Below are positions 36,401-47,437 of a stretch of DNA of 64,000 nt, one piece after another (the stretch's first letter is position 1; each line of letters opens with the position of its first letter). Both the position numbers and the translations under genes were made by a program. The notes beneath the pieces were generated by a model, which saw only the letters and a program-made list of their open reading frames with translations, was not told the DNA's origin and ran no database searches. The stretch comes from Podarcis pityusensis (lineage: Eukaryota), in the NCBI GenBank assembly GCA_964106645.2, contig OZ067043.1. One strand, given 5' to 3'.

Positions 36401-39400
36401 GGGCAAGCAGAAAGAGCAAACAGTGTACTCCAGCAATACCTACGCTGCTACGTCAGCGAGAGGCAGAACGATTGGGTAGAGAAACGAGCGCTGACTGAAT
36501 TTGCGTACAATAACGCTGAACATGTGTCCACGGGAATGAGCCCGTTCATGGGCAATTATGGGTGTCATCCCAGGGCCTTCCCGGGGAGTGGGAAGGAAGG
36601 GTGGAGCGTACCTGCGGCAGAGCAGTTTGTGGAAGAAATGGAGGCCCTGCACCAGCAACTTAAGATGAACTTAGAACGGGCCAAGGAAATTTACAAGAGG
36701 CAGGCAGACAAGCACCGTAGGGAAGGGGAGACCATACGGGTGGGGGACCGGGTGTGGTTGTCAACCCAAGGGTTACCCCTTAAGGGGGGGTGCAAGAAGT
36801 TGCAGCCAAGGCGGCTGGGGCCGTTTGAGGTAACACAGCAGGTGAACCCCGTGGCATTCAAGCTCAAGTTGCCTGACAGCATGAAGATACACCCGGTGTT
36901 CCATAGGTCCCTACTCTCACCGTACAGGGAGGGGCGGGGAGTCCCGGGGCAGGAAGGCGAAGTCACCACACACCCGCAGATAGAGGAGAGGGAACACCAC
37001 AACCGGGCCACGGAAATACTCGATTCAAGGTAGCGAGGGCGCCAGGTGGAGTACCTGGAGAACCCCGGTCAGAAAACACGTGGGTTCCCACGGAGGCAAT
37101 CAATGACGGGTATCTTGTGGAGGAATTCCACAGCCTGTTTCTGGACAAACCCAAACCAATAGTGAGATTCTGGGAGGAGCAATTTGGAACCACAGACGAT
37201 GAGGATTTTGTGGGTTTTTCTGCCTCCGAAGAGGAGGGAGGAGAGGCTTTGGAGGAAGAAGAATCAGACTGAGGCCCACCCCGCGGGGAGAGATCGGAGC
37301 GGGTGGGAAGCGGGTTTTGAATCCTCAGAGGATGGCGACAGCTCCTTCCGGGGATTCCCCGCATCGTTGGCCAAGGAAAGGGACGAAGTTGGATCAAAAG
37401 GTCGGGCCGGGGGTGAAGGGGGTCCGGGGGGGAGGTGGATGTCAGGGAACTGACATCAGAGCCAGAGGCGGAGGCTAGGCTCTCAAGCGATGCTGGAGAA
37501 GGGCCCAGCAGGGGGATAGGTGGCTCACCAGCTGGGGAAGGAAATCAGCGTAACACCAGGGATAAAGGGGGGCAGATGGGGGAATCGGCGAGGGGGCTCG
37601 TCGATGGGGTGAGCTTCCGTTGCTCAGTCCCTGCTCCTGCCAACCTAGCAGTTCGAAAGCACATCAAGTGCAAGTAGATAAATAGGTACTACTCCGGCGG
37701 GAGGGTAAACAGCATTTCTGTGCGCTGCTCTGGTTCGCCAGAAGCAGCTTAGTCATGCTGGCCACATGACCAGGAAGCTGTACACCGGCTCCCTTGGCCA
37801 ATAAAGCGAGATGAGTGCTGCAACCCCAGAGTCGGTCACAACTGGACCTAATGGTCAGGGGTCCCTTTACCTTAAGCTGAAGCGCACATCAGTTAGTAAA
37901 GCTTTATGATTATGGCTACTTCAAATGTTCATTACCTTTGGTCCGCATTTGTGGAGGGATGAGAGAAGAGGTGCCCCATGTATATGTGTAGACTCAGGCA
38001 GGGGAAATGCAACAAGCTGGTGATGCCAGGCTGCTGTAGGAAGGCACAGGTGAGGAGGGCACGGTTTAGGGAGAGTGCTTGGATGAAGAGACCAGGCAGG
38101 AGAGACGATGCCCAGGCACTAATGTGAGCCCATTATGGGGCCCATGAAACCACCAGTTTCTTCAGGGCAAATAACACTCATTATAAGTCTAAGAAATAGG
38201 ACAATCATGACTCAGGATTGTTAGACAGATGAATGAGAAAGAGAATTTTGCTGAATGAGCCAGCACCGTTGGGTCAATTAAACTCAATTAAAGACACAAT
38301 TGCAAGGAGATCAAAGTTATCAGTATTTACCCCACGGGCTGGAAAAATAAACAGCTTTAGGTTCCTTTGAATAAGTCTGAAACTGGAGGCCAGAAAGTTT
38401 GTCAGAATATCTCCCCATTGTTCCTGTTCAGATTTGTAGCACTTCAGAAACCTGTTTGAACAGAAACAGCACCAAAACTAAAAATTTTGTGTCTGTGTCT
38501 GTTTATACATGCATGATCAATCTCTCTCTCACACACACACTGATGTAAAAATTGGGGATTGGCTTTTGCTGCCCAAGTTCCCTAAGTCCATGATCGGTCA
38601 GAGAAGAATGGATGGAGGCAGGATCCAGTGGAAAGCAAGACAGATACCGTATATATTTTTCTGTTGCAACAAAGTTCCCTCCCTACCAAGGAGGAAGAGA
38701 CCCTGAACAAAAATGTGCAAGAACCTGTAAGTACTTTTGATATTGCCCAACCCCCTTAGCCAAAGACCACCCCAAAATCATCATACATACATCATAGGAG
38801 GTGGTCTGCAGCAGAAATCCTGTCTGCCAGGATACCTGATAATGGTCACTGATTGCACTACCTGGGCACTCTGGCCATTCTTTTGTGATGGTTAATACTT
38901 TAGTTCCTGAATCCAGGTCACTGGCTCACCCTATTCAGACACAAATACGCCCTTAAGACAGGATGCATAAGCAAAAAGACAATGGGAAGGCTTTCCCCAT
39001 TTGCCTCCCTTACAGCAGAGGAATATTTGAGGTCATTGGGAGAGTCAAAATGGCTTCAGGATTGCTCTCCATGCTATTTCAGATACATGGTTTATATATA
39101 TTTAGATATGTGTGCATTTATGAATATTTTCTATCTGAGACCTTAGAATTCTTATAACCACACACACCTCTGTTCTACATCTTCAGCTTCCAAAAGAGTA
39201 CTGCTGCCAAACTAAAAAGGCTGGATTCTCTACCTGTTCAGTCCAGGCCTATTACCTTTTGCATTAAGAAATGTGAGTTTTCTTTATTTACACCATCCAG
39301 CTTGCAAGTGCTGCTGTTCTCTTTCTCCAAACAGGATTATTCCTTTTCCTGCCATGTTTGGACACCTACCACAAAATAGACCTTCGCCTCAAAACCTTAG

Positions 39401-42400
39401 AGATCCCTTTCTATGAGGTAAGAGAGACACAGTCTGCCCCTTCTGCTCTTTGAGCTTGTTTGCAGGAGGCAAAGTCAGTAGAAGTTTACTTAGGTTCACC
39501 ATTCCAATTAATTAGGAAGCCCCGGGTTAAAATCTCACCTTGGCTATGAACTAACTACATTGCTTTTCGGCATGCCATTTTGACTCAGCCTCACCCCCAG
39601 CCCCACAATAATTATACTGATCTACCTAACGGGACAGTTGTAGGGTTACTTAACGTAAAGGAAGGCTGTAGATCAGTGACAGAACATCTGCTTTGCATGT
39701 GGAACATCCCAGGTTCATTCCCTGACATCTCCAGCGAAGGTTAGGAATCTACACAGTCTGATGTTTATTTGGTAATACAGTGGTACCTCGGTTTATGAAC
39801 TTAATCCGTTCCAGGAGTCCATTCTTAAACCAAAACCGTTCTTAAACCAAGGCGCGCTTCCACCGTTCGGATTCCGTTCTTAGACCGAGGTAAAGTTCTC
39901 AAACCAAGACACTATTTCCGGTTTTGCGGCGTTTGTAAGCCAAATCGTTCTTAAACCGGACTGTTCTTAAACCAAGGTACCACTGTACCGTATTGGCCCG
40001 AATATAAGTCACACCCGAATATAAGCCGCACCTTTAAATTCAGGGGAGGGGGGGAGAAAAAAAAGACAATACCCGAATATAAGCCACTCCCTTAAAATTC
40101 TGCAGGCGCTCACAGCCATTCTGCAGTATCGTAAAAGCCCATTTTTGTAAGGTCACAAATTTAAGCCGCACTTTCAACTTTTCACGGTTGGAATTTGGGG
40201 GGAAAAGTGAGGCTTATATTTAGGCCAATACGGTACGTAGAAACAACTCAGTCCAGCCCAGGGCTGGAATCAGATTTCCTGTTATTTTTCCATTGACAAA
40301 ACTGTACTTTATTGTTACGGATTTGGGGGGACCCTCCAAAAAACAACCACCCTAGGAATGAATAAATGCTAGGATTTTGATTAATTGGGATATGGATTAA
40401 AGTACAAGCTGCAGAGCTGTGCCAGACAGGGAATTCCTGGGCTGGCTTCTACAAAGCAGCCTGGCTGGCTTAGTGAAGAACAAAAGGTGTTGTTGGGCCA
40501 CTGGAGAATGAGATGTTACCAAAGTGATGGGGTGTGTGTTTGAGGCGACAGGAAAAGGGATTTTTGAGCAGGGGTTGCTGGGAAGAAAAAGCAGGAAGAA
40601 GAGCTGAGATCCATCTTTGGAGGAGGCTGGCTGCAGAGATGCCTTGGGCTATAGGGCCACACTTCTGTGGGGTACAAACCCCTCTTGAAATGACTGTGCA
40701 GTAAGACCTGGACTCCCTCCAGGCAGACTGAAGGTGTGAATAGGTGAATAAACCATATTTCTTAAAGCCACAACAGTCTCTGCTGCGTCTTCAATTCTCC
40801 AAAGGAACGCAGACCCTGGGTGAGTGCCTGGGACCCCATGGGCTCTTGCCACCACTTGGCAGACGGGGGGGCAGGCACCCAACTTTCATAACATTCTATT
40901 GCAGGGGTCAGCAAGGTTTACCTCACCTGGGCTGGTTCACTCCAGCAGAGATCCCTCTGTGGGCTAGACTGCGCACGCAAGTACGCATGCCTGCGATTTC
41001 TGGCGTCTGCACAGACGCGATTTCCGGCGCATGCGCAGATGTGATTTCTGGTGCCCTCCCCGCGCCACACTGCACCCATTTAGTGCAGCACACCAGGACT
41101 CGTCGGTTAAACGACCCCCGTGGGCTGCTTGTGGCCCATGGGCCTTAGGTTGCCGACCCCTGTTCTACTGGATGGTCACACAATGCCTTCTGCTTGCCCT
41201 AGACCATAACCAAGGACATGGCAAGTGTAGAAATAGATACCATCTGTTACTATCGAATGGAGAATGCCATACTCGTCACGACCACCCTCGCCAACCACTC
41301 AAAGGCAATCCAGCTGCTAGTGCCGACCATCGCAAAGCGCTTTCTGGCACAGCGGTCGCTCACAGACATCCTGATGGAGAGGAAGAGCATCAGCCAGGAG
41401 ATAAAGGTGGGTTGGCTATAGCGCTGTACAGAGGACATGGTGGGGAAGTCCATCACTCAGGGTGGGAGGCTTGCCTAGTGGCTGCTACAAGCAGAACTGG
41501 GGAAATGGTATGGTAGCCAATGAAAGGACACGAGGGAAATGCTTCTGCCTTGCTATTGGGCACCTTCTCCTTCCTGAAAGTGGCTTTACAGTACGTAAAC
41601 TCAAAACTGCCTTGCAAGATCCACCCAGGGCAGCATTTCCTTTCAAACAACAACAACAGGCAACCAGACACTATACTGCCTCCAAACAGGGTTGCCAACT
41701 GACCAGGTGAACCAGCTTACTGTGGTCTCCTGCACCTTTAAGAACAGCTTGCAGAAACTAGAAAGTGATGCTTTGAATAGCTTGGTGATAAATGTACTAT
41801 TTTGTGAACTGGACATTGTCTTAGTCTATTCTGGTTGATAGGGAGAGACAATTTTATAAATATAAGATTAACTGCATGCCCTTTTAGTGAAGTGAGTGGC
41901 TAGAGAGGTCTTTTTCTCCCTCTCATAGTAGACCTTTAAGTGGCCCAGTAAATGATTGGCAGTTAGGTTTGGGGCAGACAAAAGGTACTAGACTTTGCTC
42001 CAGTTTAGGTAACTTTAGATAGGAATCTGACAAATTAATTAAGGATTGACCTATAATCAGCTAGTAGGCAAGACGGAGAAAAGGGAACCTTTTTGAAAAA
42101 GCTGTAATCCTTTATTGAACAGCTCTGTGCTCACCTAACTCAGGGTAGCTTTACTCCTTGGTTTGCATCAAGGAGACAGCCATCCCTACTAGAGCACTTC
42201 TCACTGGCAATGTTAGGACACTGCTGTTTTTGCATTTTTAAGTTGCTCATCCATCATATAAAGCTGCTGCCAATAAGAAGACACTTTTTTTGCAGGTGGC
42301 TGTGGACGCCATCACCTGTCAGTGGGGGATCAAGGTGGAAAGGACAGAAATGTAGGTATGAAATGTGAGATCTGCAGAAATAATTAGGTGACAAAATATC

Positions 42401-45400
42401 AGGAGAGGGGCCTCCGAGACCTTTCACTATTGTTAATGCCGCCCCTACGAGTGTAATCAGTTTTTGTTATTTCTCCCCTTGAACAATCCCTGGACATAGG
42501 GGTCACCCTGGTAGAAGCCACCATTTTGTGGGCCTCCTCCTTGATCCTTCTGCTGCTGTCTCTCGCAGGGGCACAGCTAGCTCCTCGCCCATCTGTTTTG
42601 ACATGGCTGGGGTTGAAAAGGGTTGATTTCAATGACCAGAAATGTAAGAGGAGCTGCTTAAAAACTGGCAGCTCAGAGCACCAAAAGTTACCCCGTTCCT
42701 GCACAGATAGGTAGCCGTGTTGGTCTGCCATAGTCAAAATAAAAAAAATCCTTCCAGTAGCACCTTTAAGACCAACTAAGTTAGTTCTTGGTATGAGCTT
42801 TCGTGTGCAAGCACACTTCTTCAGATACATACCCGTTCAGATACATACCCATTCTTCAGATACCCGTTCCTGCAGTTTTATGGATCTACATATGGCCAGA
42901 AAGGCTACAGCTGACCAGCTCTCCATTTGTTTAGTCACCTTGGACAAACATTTGAGTGGCTCCCATTTTGCTATGATATCCTGAAGGCAAGGGTGCCAGG
43001 TGGCAATTGGCTCCACAGCCCCACCAAGAGCGGGGAAGGGAGGGCTCTGGCCAATTACTCCCATCCCTTCTGGCAGCAAGGCAGCCTTGGGTGTCTTCTC
43101 ACTGATCACAGTGGGGGCAGAATAAGAATTGCCTCCTGTCCTGATCCCAGCACTGAATCAGTTTAGCGCCATCCAGAAAAGGCAGCTGTGAACCAGATGT
43201 ATTGCTCAGCCTTCCTGGGCTGTCAGTTTTCTGCTGCTTCTGCAATCCTGCTGGGGAAGTGGAACAGGATGAAAAAAGCTGAGGTTTTATTGGGTTGGTG
43301 GGAGCCAGAGTCCAGCAACAGTGGGAGGGCAACAGGTTCTTGATTCCAGAGCTACGGGAAGTATTTGTGCATATATGCAGCCATGAAGGACATCCTAGGG
43401 CCATTTAAAACTTCTTCAGGACATTCCTACAGCATTTGTTCTGTTCCTAACAGAACAAATGAGAACGAATCCGACACAGGGATACATCCCACTGCCAATG
43501 TAAATGTCGCTAGAGTTGCTAACAAATGAGTAGGCCCACTCAGGAGTGGCAATGAGGGATATTCAGCCAGTGACTGGCTTTTCACAAAACAAATGAAATA
43601 CCATGAAAATCCCTGAAACAAGAAGTAATTGACTAGAAATATTATCTTATAGAAATAAACTAAATAATAAAAATCAAAAAGTTTTAAGGCTTTGTTCAAT
43701 TCTAGTTTTTTCTAATTTTTACCTTAAACTTTTTTAAACCATTATTTCATTTGTTTTGTGTAATTTCTCTGTTCCGTGACTGTCTTTTTTTCTACTTGTG
43801 ACTGGCTTTTCAGCTGGCACCCAAGACAAAGGTCCCATTTAACCTGGTAACTAGCTGGCCAGTTGGCCAGCCAACCATGTAGGCATGCTGATAGCTAGCA
43901 CTCATTTCCCCCTGATGTAGTACAAAGTTTCCTTCCTGAGCTAAATGGTTGTCTTAACCACAGTGGCTATGTTCCCCCTCCACCCTCTGCATACCAGCTG
44001 CTGGCAGTCACAGGTGGGCAGAGTGCTGCCATGCTCAGGCCCTGCTTGCAGTCTTCCCACAGGCATCTGGTTGGCCCTGTGAGAACAGGGTGCTGGACTA
44101 GATAGGCCATTGGTCTGATCCAGCAGCCAGGCTCTTCTTGTGCTCTTAAACAGAAAATCATTTACAGTGGTACCTCTGGTTGCGAACGGAAAATCATTTA
44201 CAGTGGTACCTCTGGTTCCGTTCCAGAAGCCCGTTCGCAACATGAAAAGCCTGCAACCTGAAGCACCGTATCTGCGCAGGTGCGCAGCGCGATTTGGTGT
44301 TTGTGCACATGTGCAAAGTGCAATTTAGCACTTCTGTGCATGCGCGAGTGGTGAAACCCGGAAGTAACCCCTTCTGGGTCGCCGCAGAACACACCCTGAA
44401 AAAACGTATCATGAAGCAAACGTAACATGAGGTATGACTGTACGCTGTTTCCAGTTTGGGTCTGCAGTCCCAGATTTCATTAATTTCATTCATTTCAGTA
44501 AAGATGTGCGGTTGCCAACGGAGCTTCAGGAGTCCCTGGCTGCACAAGCCGAAGCCCAGAGACAGGCCAAAGTGAGGGTAAGGCAATACACTGACACGGT
44601 ATGTTTTTATTACTGGAAGCTATGGGCAGGAGGGAGCTATGGGAGAGAGATGCTGTCCTCCCAAGCTTGCTTCTCTTCAGGTCTAATCAGACAAGCGTTG
44701 GCCATGGTTCTGCCTGCATCTCACAGCACACGGGAGTGGGTCACTGGTCAAAACTAATTCTGTTGGTTATCCAGCTCTTGTTAATCTAAAGCAGGCAATC
44801 TCAAACTCAGCCCTCCAGATGTTTTGGGACTACATCTCCCATCATCCCTAACAGGGCCAGTGGTCGGGATGATGGGAATTGTAGTCCCAAAACATCTGGA
44901 GGGCCGAGTTTGGGGACGCCTGATCTAAAGCAATGAGCCCTTCTCGTTTGCACTAGTTAATTTATAGGTACTTAATGTAAATCCATTTCCTTTGGCTGGA
45001 AACCTAAGAGATGGAGGAGGTACAACACGAAGGCTGTTTGGGAGCTGCACTGGAAAATGGAAGCTCCAGACTGTTTCAATTCTACGCAGCACAAGAATGA
45101 AATAAATTTCTTCCACGCTAACCCTGCATGCTTTCCTTTGAGCTGTCGGAAACAAAATGGAAATTGAAGTGATGTGGCACCCAGGAAAATATCACCACAT
45201 GTAACACACTTCAAAACATCCAATATAAAGTCAGGTAATAAGTGACTTTATATTGACTTTTCTTCCTTTAATGGATTATCCAGAGATTGGGAAAATCCAA
45301 ATCCATTGACAGGGGATTATGGGCCGCCACTTGAATAAGATATTGTCTGGATGCTGTCCCTTATAAGCCAGTTGTTCCCCTGTGGTAGGAATTAATTACA

Positions 45401-46222
45401 AGTTTCTTTTCATTATCCCCACCACCACCATTTTATTACTTTTTGTAGGAAAACAGTGCTTTTTTTACTAAAAAAGAAAAAAAATGCAAGGAAATAAATC
45501 ACTTATCCCTGCCCTTCTCCGAATAGGAACAAATGCTGACTAATAAGAGGAAATTACCTCAGGAAGAAACAAACACCCAGAACCTGCACATAAGTAGTAT
45601 CTAATTAACACTGGAGGGCTTTTACTCAGTTGAACTTGCTTCTGAGGAAACATTAGAGGTGGTTTTTGGCCTTGAGGGTGAGCATTCAACGTAGCACTAT
45701 TTTAAGTGCTGTGCAGAACCTGTTTTTGTTTTACTTCCAGCTGACGAATAGCGTTGCTTCTACAACACTGAAGGGCACCATTATGGAAGGAACCACGGGC
45801 GGTACTCAACAAAGTTTTACTCAGGGTAGACCTATTGAGATTATTGAACCCATCAAAGTTAGTCCCATTGATATCAAGGGGTCTACTCTGAGCAAAACTT
45901 CGTTGCCTCCTGCCCCAAAGGAAGATCTTCTAAATACCTTGTGTTCTAGGTCATAGCTGCTGAAGGAGAAAAGGCTGCTTCCGAATCGCTGAAGGTGGCA
46001 GCAGAGGTGCTTTCCCACACACCAGCCGCCCTCCAGCTCCGCTACCTTCACATGCTGCAAAGCCTGTCTGCAGAGAAGCCGTCCACCTTTATTCTTCCTT
46101 TCCCCCTTGACCTCATGAATCCTTCATCAGGAGACAACATGAAATCCACAGGCTGCAACCGCTCTTCAGATGTCGCCAGCAACCCAGAGGCTCCAAAGGC
46201 AAAGGATTCCCCAATGTTGTAG
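30194..46222 (+). CDS. NPHS2: Podocin (stomatin/SPFH family), 8 coding exons, 386 aa
   Basis: Exon sizes 289/104/73/83/204/56/79/273 fit the known NPHS2 structure; TFPIS hairpin proline, PHB domain, C-terminal KDSPML. Confidence 0.98.
30623..30963 (+). mobile_element. Sauria SINE
   Basis: aaaggtaaagggacccctgacc...gaccacagcgcc. Confidence 0.9.
31632..32115 (-). mobile_element. BovB (RTE) LINE 3' fragment
   Basis: [29 protein letters not shown]...; (CAA)n tail. Confidence 0.93.
34493..34596 (+). CDS. NPHS2: NPHS2 exon 2 (membrane hairpin)
   Basis: [30 protein letters not shown]. Confidence 0.97.
35886..35958 (+). CDS. NPHS2: NPHS2 exon 3
   Basis: [24 protein letters not shown]. Confidence 0.97.
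36032..36127 (+). mobile_element. Partial Sauria SINE (aaaggtaaag end)
   Basis: Matches the first ~95 nt of the 54214 copy. Confidence 0.85.
36128..37595 (+). mobile_element. Ty3/Gypsy chromovirus fragment: integrase, GPY/F, chromodomain, PPT, partial 3' LTR from 37440
   Basis: [55 protein letters not shown]; EILDSR; purine tract followed by TG. Confidence 0.93.
37597..37873 (-). mobile_element. Sauria SINE (inverted, partial)
   Basis: Reverse complement of the 30623 family. Confidence 0.9.
39335..39417 (+). CDS. NPHS2: NPHS2 exon 4
   Basis: [28 protein letters not shown]. Confidence 0.97.
39778..39985. mobile_element. Tigger-like MITE
   Basis: CAGTGGTACCT TIRs, TA TSD. Confidence 0.82.
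39988..40233. mobile_element. pogo/Tigger-like MITE
   Basis: CCGTATTGGCC..AATATAAG TIRs; shares TA with the preceding MITE. Confidence 0.82.
40313..40893 (+). mobile_element. Putative solo LTR
   Basis: TGTTA...TAACA termini, internal AATAAA, ~580 bp; TSD imperfect. Confidence 0.6.
40902..41162. mobile_element. hAT MITE
   Basis: CAGGGGTC(A/G)GCAA TIRs; 8-bp TSD ttctattg/ttctactg. Confidence 0.85.
41203..41406 (+). CDS. NPHS2: NPHS2 exon 5
   Basis: [22 protein letters not shown]...RKSISQEIK. Confidence 0.97.
42296..42351 (+). CDS. NPHS2: NPHS2 exon 6
   Basis: [18 protein letters not shown]. Confidence 0.97.
42704..42862. mobile_element. Short Penelope-like element end
   Basis: gtagccgtgttggtctg...gtagcacc...tgagctttcgtg...cacttcttcagatac; flanking direct repeat cccgttcctgca. 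Confidence 0.65.
44165..44440. mobile_element. Tigger-like MITE
   Basis: CAGTGGTACCTC...GAGGTATGACTG, TA TSD; related copy at 50371-50610. Confidence 0.8.
44499..44577 (+). CDS. NPHS2: NPHS2 exon 7
   Basis: [26 protein letters not shown]. Confidence 0.97.
44792..44922. mobile_element. hAT MITE
   Basis: Perfect 8-bp TSD atctaaag. Confidence 0.85.
45950..46222 (+). CDS. NPHS2: NPHS2 exon 8 (coding part)
   Basis: [34 protein letters not shown]...KDSPML*. Confidence 0.97.
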   Translation, partial: VIAAEGEKAASESLKVAAEVLSHTPAALQLRYLHMLQSLSAEKPSTFILPFPLDLMNPSSGDNMKSTGCNRSSDVASNPEAPKAKDSPML

Positions 46223-46953
46223 GACTAAGCCAGGGGCAGCATCTAGGCCTCTCTGTCTAGCTCCTTGGGCCGTAACCCATTGCCTAGTCCATAATTTGTA
46301 CCCACCTGCTTTGCACCCTCCTGAAGTGTTTTTGCCTGGCTGAAATGTGCCCTTGAACTCACCTGGATGGAGGGTGAGAGAGGGGATGTTAGTCTGTGTA
46401 GGGGGTGTTTGCCTACTGGATGAAGGCAAAATTCGCAGCTGTTGCTCTGCCCGCATTTGCCCTGGGCCCCATTCACTACTGGAATGCGGCCCCTTGGAGG
46501 CTGCTTATGAGTCAATGTGGCCCTTGGTCTGAAAACATTTTGCCACTCCACTACAGGAATTCAGCAGAAGAATCTGCATTTCAAACTGTAGCTGATATAG
46601 TCATGGTTGATCCTCTATTGGGCCCCCTGTAATTAAAACTGCTTAAACTTTTAAACTCCTGAACTGAGAGGTCAGCAGCTGGGCTACATATGATGAGGGC
46701 GGCTGCTTTGCCACCAAGTGTATAAAACAGGGAACTGCAGCCAGTCCTAGCTGCGTGTGGGGAGTGCATCCCAGCCCCGTTTTTTCAAATGTGTATTTGT
46801 TTCTTTCCACATTATATTTTTAGATGCACAGTCAAAGCTTGCTAGGAACCACCCCCATGTGATATTATTCCCAGTTAAAATCCAATACCGAGTTCAAATT
46901 ATTATTCTGCTGTAAAGCTCACTGGGTGACCCTGAACCAGTCACAATTGCTCA

Positions 46954-47437
46954 GTAGAGACATCACCTTGCCAACAAAGGTCCGTATAGTAAAAGCTATG
47001 GTTTTCCCAGTAGTGATGTATGGAAGTGAGAGCTGGACCATAAAGAAGGCTGATTGCCGAAGAATTGATGCTTTTGAATTCTGGTGCTGGAGGAGACTCT
47101 TGAGAGTCCCATGGACTGCAAGAAGATCAAACCTCTCCATTCTTAAGGAAATCAGCCCTGAGTGCTCACTGGAAGGACAGATCGTGAAGCTGAGGCTCCA
47201 ACACTTTGGCCACCTTATGAGAAGAGAAGACTCCCTGGAAAAGACCCTGATGCTGGGAAAGATGGAGGGCGCAAGGAGAAGGGGACGACAGGACGAGATG
47301 GTGGGACAGTGTTCTTGAAGCTACCAGCATGAGTTTGACCAAACTGCGGGAGGCAGTGGAAGACAGGAGTGCCTGGTGTGCTCTGGTCCATGGGGTCACA
47401 AAGAGTCGGACACAAATAAACAACTAAACAACAACAA
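46954..47437 (+). mobile_element. BovB (RTE) LINE 3' fragment
   Basis: [29 protein letters not shown]...; (CAA)n tail. Confidence 0.93.

Noticed and set aside
36086-37033. Domesticated integrase gene (315 aa)
   Set aside because: Starts at a GTG inside a SINE, lacks the HHCC domain and first catalytic Asp, and the chromodomain is broken by a stop and frameshift
46632-46637. NPHS2 poly(A) signal ATTAAA
   Set aside because: Plausible, but cannot be distinguished from chance without transcript data
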